20,000 bases of DNA, taken from assembly GCA_000165425.1 (NCBI GenBank), contig CT868071.1, positions 118,787 through 138,786 of the forward strand. Reading direction: 5' to 3'. The stretch comes from Paramecium tetraurelia. Taxonomy: Eukaryota. Position 1 is the first letter of the stretch, and every line of letters begins with the position of its first letter. A program made the position numbers and the translations under genes. This document shows positions 1-11,119 of this stretch, in pieces. The notes beneath the pieces are model-generated. The model saw only the letters and a list, made by a program, of their open reading frames with translations. It did no database searches and was not told the origin of the DNA.

Positions 1-3000
1 TTATTGCTTAACCAAAACATCCTATTGTTACAGAAGATTGGACCCAATATTTTTTTTTGTATCTTCATTTGAAAATGAACCCTTATCAAGCATTTTTAAT
101 CCTGATTACGAATTGTCTTCAATTAAATTAAAATTTACCTTCCTCCTTTTTGTAAATGTAAGATGACTCCTACGAGGGTTGTTATTAGTTTTATTGATGT
201 TATTATTACGATTATATATTTTGTTGTTATTATTCTAATTTTTTCCTTTTCTCTTGTTCTTTTAATTCTGCTAATTTAATTTTGGTGAAATTTTGTTTTG
301 CTTATTTAAGGGCTGTTTTATATTTATAAAATTTTTCAAAAAATTTATCAAAAGGAACTTTTGTTTCAGCATAATAATTAGCAAGATCTTCATATTATGT
401 TTCAAGCTATTTTAATAAAATCTCAAAATTAGCTAGATCGGAAAGAATTTATTCATAAAAATTCTATAACCTCTCTTCTACCATATCTTGAATCGGAAGA
501 GACACTTTTGATTTTATGGCCTTATCAACATTTTTCGAATTTTTTTTTAGCTCGGTTAAATCAGCATTCAACTAAGTCAAAGGGGTTTTAGCTATATATA
601 TCTTAATAAATACCAGCCAATTCAATTTCTTCTAAATTCTCATCAACCAAAACTAATTCCTCTTTTAGATCTTCTTCCGCTTTTTCAATGATAAACATTA
701 ATAAGTTGCCTTTATTGTCAGTGGTTTTAACATCAGTTAATTTCTCCATCATATCAAATTTAAATCCATATGCACCACCTCTAGCTGATTATCCATTCAT
801 GTAATTTCCTGCAGCCAAAGCATATTCCATGAAAACTTTCGTATTCTTATCATTTTTTGTCACTGTCATTAAATGTTTGAATATATCAATTTTGGTTTAC
901 AAATCTTCTGCTAATTCTTTATAATTATATTTGAATTTCAACGATAATAGCCTAATTGATATTCTAAATTAATAACCTATAATCATATCCTTTTACTGAG
1001 CTAATATTTATACAAAATATGTCTGGTAAGGCTAAGTTTGATTAGTCCGAATCCTACCACATTACAACCTCTGTATCATTTGGCATTGCAGTAATTAAAG
1101 ATTCAACTATATTTGGTCTTAATACAGTTTCATCTAGTCTTACAATTTAGTTTAATATCAATACTGATAGAGACTTTCAACTATTAATTAATTTGACATT
1201 TTAAGTTTGCCTAGCACTATCTCTAGATTTTTCATTCTCTCCGGTCCTAACATTGAAATTTTCCCCGGCTTATTGGTTCCACCTTGAACATTGATATTGC
1301 TAGATGTTGGCTTTGCTGCAAATAAATTCTCAATAACATTGTAATCTAATTTTAATTTAGTATCATCGATTGATTCCCATATAGTATTTCTAATTTATTC
1401 CGGCTTTATAATCGTCCAGGGAACCTATTTTAACTATATATTAGGTTTATGTTTTTATTTCCCACCAAATTAAGGATCTGGGCCACCAGGAGGTCTTGGC
1501 CCAGGAGGAGGAGGTGGAGGAGGTGCACCACCAGGTGGAGGTCCTGGTGGTTTTGGCCCTCCTGGAGGAGGTGGAGGAGCTGGTGATGAAGCTCCAGTTT
1601 TAGCACCAAGTGGAGGTGGAGGAGGAGCAAGTGCTGATACAGATATTGTACCTGGAGGTGGAGGTGGTGGAGGAACTTGTGATATTTAAGGAGCAAGGGC
1701 GTTTGTTTAATTTTAACCTAGTTATGGTGAAAATGTATTCTATGCAATTATTGCTTAACTATTCAATTTCTTTTCTAAATTTTCTTTTTCTTATAGTGTT
1801 TGTTAAAGTTTTTCTTGAAGAATTTGTATATTAATTAATTGTTCTATAGAATAGGATAAGTAGGATACTTTTGCTTTCATCATCGAATTTATGAATTCCA
1901 TTCTCCATTACTTTTTAATTTTCTCTCATTTCATCAAATTTTTATGGATATTTTTTTTATTATTCTAAGAGAATGGCTTATTCTTCTATGATACCATGTA
2001 ATTTTGCCAGCTCATCTTAGTACTGCTCTATTGTTTTCAGTTCACTTTAAATTTTATTTGCTTATATTTTAACATAACTTGCAGAATTTACTTTTTCTAT
2101 CAATTATTACAATTCTTTCTTTTTAGCATATTTTTTTTTTATCAGTTTCTCATTTCTTGCTTATAGTTCTCTACATTCTTTATTTTTTTCAGTTAATTAA
2201 ATCTCTTTTGTAATTAGATTTTCATTCTACTCTTTTAATAATTGTTTAAATTCTATGAATAAGCAAAGATATAATTACTTTTTATTTCTTTGTCTTGATT
2301 GATGAATTTTTAATTTTAAGATTGCAACTCTTATTTGAGCTAATCTAATTACTGTCTCTAATCATCATTATAATCTGATTTGTAAGACAATCGTTGAGGA
2401 GTAACCTCTTATTCCAATTTTTGAGCCTTGGCTTATTGCATAATTGATAATTTCTCTCTTAATTGATTGACTTCATTTTCCAATTATTGAATCGTCTTCT
2501 GTTATGATTCACATTCTTATTGAAGTGTTCTATAGTCCTTATTTTTCGCTGCCAATTATTCAGTTAATTGAGATAAATTAGACTAATCTGATTTCAATTT
2601 TTTTTCCAAATCTCCTATTTTTTTCTGTAATACAGCCACAAATGCTTCATTAGTTATTTTCTTCGGATTCAGAGACTCAAGTTATGAAATTTCATTGCTT
2701 TCAAATTATTACTCATTTGGAAAATTATTTTAGTATTTGGAAATACCATCTGCAAAATCAGTAACATGTTAATTTCCTCTAATTTTAGATTCCTATTTAA
2801 TAGTTGAATTTGCTTTCCCCATTTCATCTTAGATTAAATTTAAATATTGAGGTGTAAGAAAAGTAGGTTTTAGATGTTTTGCTTACTATTTAACCTCTTG
2901 TTTAATTGGATCTTACATTTTTTGAGTAGGCATATCTTTATTATTCTCTAAAAATGCCTCAATTTAATCTTCTATAATTTTAATCAACTTTGAAAACTTT

Positions 3001-4108
3001 CCTATGTCATAACACTTTCTAGATTCTCTGTGATATAACATTGGCAATGTAATTTCTTCAGTGTAATTTGGATCAGTTATAAATTAGTGTTTTTACTTAT
3101 TTAACTCAATAATCTATTAAATAACAACTTCGAATCTTAGTTCATCAGCCTTGTATTCAAATTCTTCGATGTTATTGGTGATTATTTTATAAACATCAAC
3201 AATACCTGAAGTGATAAGCTATTGACGCATTCTTTTCTTCTCCATATCTTGAGTTGGAGATTCAATTAATGTTATGACAAATGAACATATGGAAGAAATC
3301 ATAAAAACATTTTTGCATTTTTTTAAGGTATTCAAAAAAAAGGTAAGTTCGCTGTCTGGGCACAATTTGTTCAGACTTTTTAGCACCAAATAATATCCTT
3401 CATCAGTTTGCCTACATAAATTAGATGCAATTTCTAATACTATGGTTGTCAATTCAACATGAATTGGGTGTAGATTTTTCAATATAATATCCATTGAGTC
3501 TGGGATATGCAACAGTTCCTATTAGTATTTTTCTATTTTCAAGAGCATTTCCAGTATGTTTAAGATTTGAATTTAATATAAGTAACAAGGAGGGTTCTTT
3601 TTATCAATTAATTATTGAGATTGTTTGTAAAATCTGAATAATTTTTCTAAGAGTAAATTTATACCATCATTAAATTGTTCTAATTAATCCTATTAATCAT
3701 AAATCTATAGATTTTTGAGATGCCTTCTCAACTATTCCAAATCTTAGAGAGTTGGGTTAGCCAATTTAGATTTAAAATAGTTTACATAATCTTTTGGTAA
3801 ATTTTATAACAAATTCTTTCCTGTAATGCTTTTATACTCATTCAAAATTAAACATTTGAAATCTAACTATTTTATTTCATATTACTTTAAGGAGTGCTTT
3901 AGAATTACTAAAGAAGCTTCGGCTCTACTTTCAATTCTTTTATTAAGTCAGATATCTAATGTTCAAGATCAATTGGTATTGCATTTTTCTAAATTGCCAT
4001 CAATTTTTTTGGATCCAAAATAAATCGTATTGTTAATTATGACTCCTTTATCTATGTATCAATGGATATTGGGGATATTAATTTCCCATTTTATATAGCA
4101 TTCCCCAT
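1..4108 (-). CDS. Formin (N-terminal region, coiled coil, FH1 polyproline, FH2); 3' end lies beyond the left edge of the window
   Basis: Code-6 translation from ATG 4108 (MGNAIQNGK...) stays open to base 1 after removing 7 GT-AG introns (3863-3885, 2253-2278, 1844-1868, 1139-1164, 952-976, 592-613, 117-138), giving 1313 codons. FH1 Pro runs lie at about 1480-1675. FH2 motifs: LKQVPWTII...TIWESIDD and LAAGNYMNGQSARGGAYGFKFDMMEKLTDVKT. Confidence 0.93.
1478..1675 (-). repeat. FH1 polyproline-coding (CCT/CCA)n low-complexity tract
   Basis: GC-rich GGA/GGT repeats on + read as VPPPPPPPG...APPPPPLG...APPPPPGGPKPPGPPPGGAPPPPPPPG on -. Confidence 0.9.
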
Positions 4109-4298
4109 TAAATTTTAAATTTAATTAATAATACCAAATGTTTGTTGTATAATATTAACATACTAAACTGAAAAATGATTCAAATTTGAATCTATTGATC
4201 ATCAACGTGTCTTCATAATAGTTCTAGAATTGGAAGCTATTAGATGATATGATGTTAAATAATAAAAATTAGTTTATATTATTAAGAATAATTATAAA
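4109..4298. promoter_or_regulatory. Divergent 190-bp intergenic region, probable bidirectional promoter
   Basis: Lies between head-to-head ATGs at 4108 (-) and 4299 (+). Promoter function is inferred from position only. Confidence 0.5.
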
Positions 4299-5728
4299 AT
4301 GGGAATTTCCTTGAACAAAAAATTCAAAGATGATTACGAAAAATTATTCTCAGACCATCCTGAATCAAATAAAGCAATTCAATTGTATCCAGCGTTTTCG
4401 CATGTTAAAATGTATGTAAAATGAAGTAACAGAGTTCACAATGATTGGTATCGGTTAGCCAAAGCAGAGTTCAATGGTCTACCTCATGAAACAGAAGCCT
4501 TTCTGCAGAAATGGAGATCGAGAGAACAACATCCTCATCTATTCTTGATCCATAAAATATTCACAAATGAGAGTAGTCGGGCAGTCATTTATTTGGATTT
4601 CCCAGAATCCGTAGTAACAGAACTTGATGAAGAAACCTTTCTACCACTTTTAGATGCAGTATTACAGATAATGTCAAAATGGTAGAAATAGAGTAAGACA
4701 TATTCTTACTTTGGATGCGATTCTGTTTATAAAGTAAATCCAAATATGCCAATAAATAGGTGAGATCCTTTGATGGATAAACCTACTATAAAATATTGGA
4801 TCCAATGCTACATCCATATCTTATTAAGTTCTATAGAAAGTGTTGGTTATAAAAAAACACTAAACAATTAGAGCAATTATTAGCCAAGTTTTATTTGTCT
4901 CCCATCTAATTGGAAGCCTTGAGTAAGAAGGTAGAATACCCTATTCATAATTTCTATAAGTCAGATGTGTTTTGTTTGGGTTTATATATTTATAAATGCC
5001 TAACGTAAGACGATGATTTATATGACCTAATTAATTATAAGGTTAAATTGGATAAAATTAGAAGCAATATCTAGGGTATGACATTCCAAAACTATGCAAA
5101 AATGATTTTATTGAATATGCTCGAAGAAAACGAGGAAGATAGACCAGATTTCATTTAGCTTGAACTTAAGTTTACACATTTTGCACCTGAAATCAAATAT
5201 AAAAGAATATTTCACAATATTAATTAAATGATTTTTGAAGAATCCTTATTACAAATAACTTAATTGGTAACGGAATAAAATAATGAATAAATTGTTCCTG
5301 AAGAAATATAGGGATTTAATTTTGATGATAGACTTGATTTTGAAAATCTACACTTTTCAATTTCATCTGAAACTAATCCGACAGCTGAAATTCATAAAAT
5401 GGTTGGAAAAGGGTTTCACTCATAGATGATATTGAATAACAATAGATAACAAAACTTTTAATTAGATGAAGGAGTTATGAGAAAAACAAGAATAGATTTA
5501 CCTTGCTTAGGATATGCTGATTTAAGTAACTGGAAAACTGCTGAAGGAATGTTTACAAAGGGAATGCTATAAGGATATGGTCGATTGACCTTTGTGAATG
5601 GAGATAAATTTGAAGGCTTCTTTATTAATAACAGAGCCAATGGAAAAGGTACATATTCTTTTCATGACAATCAATACTATAAAAAAGAAGGGACCTGGAA
5701 GGATAACAAATTTATTATCACAATTTGA
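4299..5728 (+). CDS. Kinase-like (probable pseudokinase) domain plus C-terminal MORN repeats, about 460 aa
   Basis: Introns 4412-4432 and 4734-4759 give 461 codons. Kinase C-lobe motifs: FYLSPIQLEAL, YKSDVFCLG, MLEENEEDRPDF. MORN-like repeats: EGMFTKGMLQGYGRLTFVNGDKFEGFFINNRANGKGTYSF...EGTWKDNK. Confidence 0.82.
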
Positions 5729-5756
5729 TAATTCTTTGAAAATAAATAGTATTATA

Positions 5757-6647
5757 ATGTTTATTATATATTTATTCTCAGTGGCACATGCTTACTTCTC
5801 CAAAAAACTTGCACATGATTTATATTTGTACACCAAAATAGCAGTTTGTGATACTCAATAAATAAAAGAATGGAATTGTGGATATTTTTGTGATCAGCAT
5901 CCTGATATGGATTCAATTAAAGTCATTGAAAGTAATAGAAATGGTGTTCTATCTTATGTTGGAATCAACCAAGCTGAAAATAGAATTATAGTCACATTTC
6001 GAAGTACGATTGTTAAAAACCTTAGGTACTTAAAATTTGCTTAATTTCATCAATGATTTGAAATTTATGAAATAAGATTACCCTTGCTATGATTGTAAAG
6101 TGCATTCAGGGTTTATGGAGAGTTATCTAGATATCAAAGAGGATTTATTAAAATAAGTGAATGAATTGTCAGTACTCAATCCGAAGGCATAATTAACAAT
6201 AACGGGTCATTCTTTGGGAGCGGCCTTGGCAACTTTGGCCGCTATTGATCTTACAAATATTGGACTATATATTCATACATTTTATATATTTGGGTATAGA
6301 TTTAAATCCCATTTTGTAGATCACCTAGAGTTGGAAACAAAGCTTTTGCAGAATATTTTAGTAAAAAAATAACTACCTAAGACAAAGCAAGAGTAACTCA
6401 CTTTTCGGATTTGGTTCCTCATTTACCCCCACAATCATTAGATTATATACATGCTGTTCCAGAGTTTTGGTTTAATCAAGATTTTAAGGAATATTAATAG
6501 TGTGAATATTCCTAGTTTGAAGATGATAAGTGCTCAAATTCTATGTGGAGTCATTCTATTAGAGATCATCGAGATTATTTTAATATTAAATATCGATGCA
6601 ATGACAGTTTTTATCAAAAGAAAACAAAAGAATAAATTATACTCTGA
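5757..6647 (+). CDS. Class 3 lipase (alpha/beta hydrolase), probably secreted, 280 aa
   Basis: Introns 6004-6025 and 6294-6319. Motifs IIVTFRST, CKVHSGF, TGHSLGAALA (GxSxG), FGSPRVGN, DLVPHLPP and C-terminal DH. Short hydrophobic N-terminus MFIIYLFSVAHA. Confidence 0.92.
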
Positions 6648-6799
6648 AATATTAAAATTTGTATTATATTAAATTAGCAATTTAAACAATAAATATGTTA
6701 GTTATTTGTTCTATTTTCCATATAATATTGTAAATTCACAGAAACATTAAAAGTTAAGATAAATTTAAATATTAGACTGCAAAAATTCTATAATCAATT

Positions 6800-7429
6800 T
6801 CATTAGTCAACCTCATTTAACACAAAATCAATTTAATCAATTCTTTAGGCACTTTCATTTTGCATTTTTAAGATAAGTGAATCATCATTATCTTCATCTT
6901 ATTGCTTTTACTAAGCAATATTTCCTGAAGAAATTGATTTAATCATAACTTAAGTTTTCATCCTTCTAGTCATTTTTCTTTTCTCAAGGAGTTCGTCTTA
7001 AAAATTGAGAGATTCTGTAATTTATTTTTCAATATTTTATTACACTTTATCGTATTCTTGGAGCAGTTGATTCATATTGTGAGTTTGATTTACCTCATTG
7101 TTTTATAATTCTTATTAAATCTTCAATTCATTTGCCTGAGTTTTTTTATAAACACTAAATCTCATCTTTTCTTAAATTTTGGAACCTTATTCAGGTAAGG
7201 CAAGTACCTTTTATTTCTTTAACAACTATATAGTCTCAGGTCTGCTAATTAAAAATTAGATTTTCTCAAGAAAATACTCTCTCATAGCGCACTTCTAATT
7301 ATCAAATATTTAAACAAAATCTTAGTAAATTTCTAACATTTTATTTACATGCTCTAAATTATAAAGTTTTTCATGAAATCTGGCTTCTAGTTATAATAAA
7401 ATTTTTAATGTATTATTATCTATTACCAT
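6800..7429 (-). CDS. Hypothetical protein, 209 aa, intronless
   Basis: Continuous 210-codon code-6 ORF, MVIDNNTLKILLQLEARFHEK...DFVLNEVDQ*, with coiled-coil-like composition. Confidence 0.75.
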
Positions 7430-7810
7430 TTTAATTGTAAAATAATATTTTTATTATTTCTAATATTCAACATACTTAAATCAAATATAGATTAGATATT
7501 CAAACTATAATTCTTTTTATATAAATAGCCAATAACAGCATAACAAAATCTACAGAATAGTGAATCTACATACTTATTAGATATAGAATACTTGAAATTC
7601 TAATAGTTCTCTGACTTTAATTTGTAATTTAAATTTATTCCAAACCCTTATGATTGTTCTTTTGTCTCATTTACAAAAAACTAAAGTCTTATGTTATTTC
7701 GATGTGAATCCATGAGGAGGCACAATTCAAACTTCCGCTGTTTTAATCAAATTGATGAATTAAATTGGTAGATGTAAATGAAGGATTTATATATTAAATA
7801 CATAAAAATA

Positions 7811-8232
7811 TCAACCAAAAACTTCTAAGTCAGAATAAGTGATGTATAAAAACCCATCCTCGGGATCTTTTTTCTTCTCATATATATCTATTAATTTGAC
7901 ATCTATTTAAGCATTAAATTAATTATACCCTCAGGGAGAAGTTGATTACCAATATGAAAATATAAGGATTGCTTAGGAGATATTTACAAAGTGTTTTTTA
8001 AGGTATCTCTAAACTAAAGTATGCGAAAACCTTTTGTGACTAAATATCAATATGATTAAGATCTCACTTACAATGATTTATTTAATTATGGCATTTTAGA
8101 TTTAGGATGTTTCTCTAAAATGACAGGAATCATTTCAGGATGTTGACTTAATTTTTATTTACATCTCATTTGTCTCTCTTCCAGACTATTCAATTCCTTG
8201 TACGATTTAAAATTGACCGATGCTTAAAACAT
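7811..8232 (-). CDS. ATG8: ATG8/LC3/GABARAP-family protein (123 aa); needs a non-canonical first intron, otherwise a pseudogene
   Basis: MFQASVNFKSYKELNSLEERQMRCKQKLSQHPEMIPVILEKHPKSKMPQLNKSL/YLVTKG...SLYFHIGNQLLPE/DVKLIDIYEKKKDPEDGFLYITYSDLEVFG*. Canonical intron 7903-7928. Segment 8048-8071 (GT..TG) must also be removed. Confidence 0.88.
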
Positions 8233-8311
8233 AATTGTTCTTTTTAATAAATTAATTAATTTTCCAATAATCAAAAGAAATTTTATAAAATATACAATAA
8301 TGGAATAAATG

Positions 8312-9359
8312 TCATGAGTTTATTTCTTCAATTACATTAATTGACTTCAAATAATTAATTTGCTCCTAACTCAATTGGTATCTCTAACCGTTTTAATCCA
8401 AGACATAAGAACCATTTGAAATCAGATAGCCATTGCTATCCAATTCATATTGTTGAATCTATTAATAATCACTCCTTGAATCATCAAGGGTCTTTTCTGA
8501 TATGGCAGACATCTGGCATTTATCTAGGAAATAGTTTAATTAACTTACATTTATTATTAATTTGTTGTTTAATCGGACTAGCTGTGTTTATGGGAGCAAG
8601 TTCTGGTTTGATTTCTGCAACCATTTGCTCAACTATATTTATGTTATTAGGTGATATTGTTTAGCTGAGATAAGAGGAAACTTCCTCATTAAACTATTAA
8701 AACCTCTTTAGATCTTAGCTGATAAAATTTGATTATGGTGTAGATATTTGAGATTTTTTTATGCCTTAAACCATTTCTGTAATTGCATCTAATTAAGTCT
8801 ATATTTTAATTTCTGTCTTATTTGTACTTTCAAGTATACTCTTTTTTAATTTCTCCATCATCGATTGGGTGTAAACTTGTGTCTTCTATTCTTAATTGAT
8901 TATTAATAACTATAATTCTCCCATCTTCAATTCTAATTGCTTAATTTTATCCTTAATTTGAACATCGTTGTTTAGTTATCCAATCCCAGAATCATACAAT
9001 TATTTTACGCTTTATTCATTACTACTCATTCTATCATTTAAGGATTTTATTTAAATTTGAAATTGTTCGTTTAAAGTGTTTTACTCATATTGCAATTAGA
9101 TTACTTATAATTTTAGTTTATCGAAGAGCTATTCTTAAGGTTTCTAGGATTCAAAACTATCCTGTGTTTTACCTGAGGGTAGGTTCTGATATAATTTATT
9201 TCTTATATATACATTTACGAATCGAATCTAACTACATGAATTGTGTTTCACTGGTCCTCGATTTTCCTTACCGACTGATTGCTAACGGATTTCGGATGGG
9301 TAATAAGTTGGAACAACTGGTTTCATGGTTCTTGCATAATTAATTGGGCCAGAATTCAT
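8312..9359 (-). CDS. Hypothetical coiled-coil protein, 340 aa, with a C-terminal DxNG-repeat motif
   Basis: ATG 9359 (MNSGPINYARTMKP...), one intron 8524-8548, 341 codons, ending YELDSNGYLISNGSYVLDQNGQRYQLSQEQINYLKSINVIEEINS*. Confidence 0.78.
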
Positions 9360-9455
9360 TTTATATTATAATTAACGAATAGATGATATATGATTAAATA
9401 TATTCAAAATCAACGTATTTCCATTATCACCTATTATTAGTAAATAAGAATAATC

Positions 9456-9892
9456 TCATTAATTAAGCAAATTTATTAAATCATTTGATATGAACTATTG
9501 AAACGAATACTTCCTCTTATTTTCAATTTATAAAGCTTCTACTAAGGCATTTAACGTAAATTTCAAAGATTGAAATATTATTTCATCATCAGATTAATTA
9601 TCATCATCCTGATTCTAAAATTATTTTGATGATATTTTACTCTTGGTCGAAGTAGTTGATCCTCTCCCTTTTGATGCATTATGATGTTGTCATTGTAACA
9701 TGGAAATGCACAAACTCTGTTTTGTTGCTTTAACTTTATGTAGGATTTTTGTTTAATTTTAATTGCTTTAAATTATTCTTTGCTTGCTTTGATTTCAGCA
9801 TAGTTAGAAATTTCTTTCACGTTTCTTTTTATTCCTTGCTTAATTTCTACTGTCGAGTAATTTGAGTCCTAATTATAAGGATTGCTTAACAT
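9456..9892 (-). CDS. Small hypothetical protein, 136 aa
   Basis: ATG 9892 (MLSNPYNQDSNY...), GT-AG intron 9615-9640, 137 codons, acidic NQDDDNQSDDE motif. Confidence 0.65.
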
Positions 9893-9987
9893 TATTAACT
9901 TTAAATTTGAATAAAATTTTTCCCACAATTTTGCTTTTATTTCAAATATTATATAATTATTAAATTAAATCTTTTATTTAATAATAA

Positions 9988-10303
9988 ATGGCAAGAGGTA
10001 CACCAGCAATCGGTAAAAGACATTAAAAGACTCATACATTTTGTAAAAGATGTGGTCGATAAACATTCCACATTTAAAAAAATAGATGTGCTTCCTGCGG
10101 ATATCCAGCGGCAAGATTGAGACTTTGTATACCCATCATTCTATACAATTATAGATAGTGGATGGGGAGAAAAAGTGGCTAGACGCAGATCAACAGGAAC
10201 AGGAAGAATGAGATACTTAAAATCTATTGCAAGAAGAGCAAAGAATGGGTTTAGAGCAGGAACTTAGGCATAACCAAAAGTTAATAAAACTTAAAAAAAG
10301 TGA
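9988..10303 (+). CDS. RPL37: 60S ribosomal protein L37 (eL37)
   Basis: [40 protein letters not shown]...RRRSTGTGRMRYLK with the C2-C2 zinc finger. Intron 10127-10154. Confidence 0.97.
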
Positions 10304-10476
10304 ATAATCATGCTTTTAAAAATAATGCATTAATTCTACATCATTTCTTTCCAAATATTCTTTTGAAATCCTGCTAGATTTCTATTTTGTAAAGTATACG
10401 TAATTGAATTGTCTATGTCTAATGTCATTAAAAAATTAAATCTTTAAAATTTAAATATTAATAAATAAATAAGATT

Positions 10477-11031
10477 ATGTCCACAAACAAAGAATAAATT
10501 AAGGCTGAACTTGACGAGAATAGAAAGAAATTAGCAGAAAAGTTTGGGTAAACCAAAATGGGCAGCACTTTGGCAAGAAGAAAGCATAAAAATGTTCATC
10601 AAACTCAAGTATAGAAAGGAATTAATCATATTAGATTAATGATGACAAGAAATTGAAATAAGTCATTAAGAAGTTTGGTGTCTAGCAATTAGGAAATATT
10701 GATGAAGTCAATTTTTTCAAGGATGATAACACTATAATCCATTTCTCAAAACCAGAAGTCCAAGCAGCTATTGGAAGCAATACATTTGCAATATTTGGAA
10801 ATCCAGAAACTAAAAAGTTTTAAGAATTGATGCCAGAGATTTTAAATCACATTGGACCAAACCAAATGTCTCTTCTTTAAGAATTAATGAAAGAAACTTA
10901 AAAGGTATGATATTTTAAATAAAAATTAGGAAAAAGTTGAAAAAATAGCCGAAGCTGATTAAAAAGACGAAGATGATATTCCTGTATTAGTATAGGGTTA
11001 AAACTTTGAAGAAGCAAGCAAGAAAGAATGA
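10477..11031 (+). CDS. BTF3: Nascent polypeptide-associated complex beta subunit (BTF3/EGD1)
   Basis: ARRKHKNVH...DDKKLKQVIKKFGVQQLGNIDEVNFFKDDNTIIHFSKPEVQAAIGSNTFAIFGNPETK...MPEILNHIGP...DDIPVLVQGQNFEE. Introns 10609-10634 and 10905-10929. Confidence 0.95.
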
Positions 11032-11119
11032 GTTAAATTATCATATATTATGTATATCGGCCATTAAACATAAGACTTATGAAATAAAACAAATTATATA
11101 TTTTTAATTTAATTAACAG

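Noticed and set aside
1430..1834. ORF-track His/Leu-rich (1430-1696) and Glu/Val-rich (1610-1834) ORFs
   Set aside because: Off-frame and antisense shadows of the formin FH1 polyproline codons.
5598..5861. ORF apparently fusing the MORN region with the lipase N-terminus
   Set aside because: Its first part is out of frame with the MORN CDS. The lipase plausibly starts at ATG 5757 with a signal-like peptide.
7639..7648. CCAAACCC telomere-like hit
   Set aside because: About one repeat unit only, not a telomeric tract.
7690..7790. Slightly GC-richer intergenic patch with a TGATGA (possible snoRNA or ncRNA)
   Set aside because: No suitably placed box D or terminal stem could be identified by eye.
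7620..7810. Possible SECIS downstream of ATG8 that would recode its in-frame TGA as selenocysteine
   Set aside because: The ATGA-N11-AA candidate on the minus strand lacks a pairing stem, and readthrough would insert 8 residues into the ubiquitin-like core.
9187..9211. Intron-like GT..AG stretch (minus strand) in the 8312-9359 gene
   Set aside because: The frame is open without splicing, and removing it causes a premature stop.
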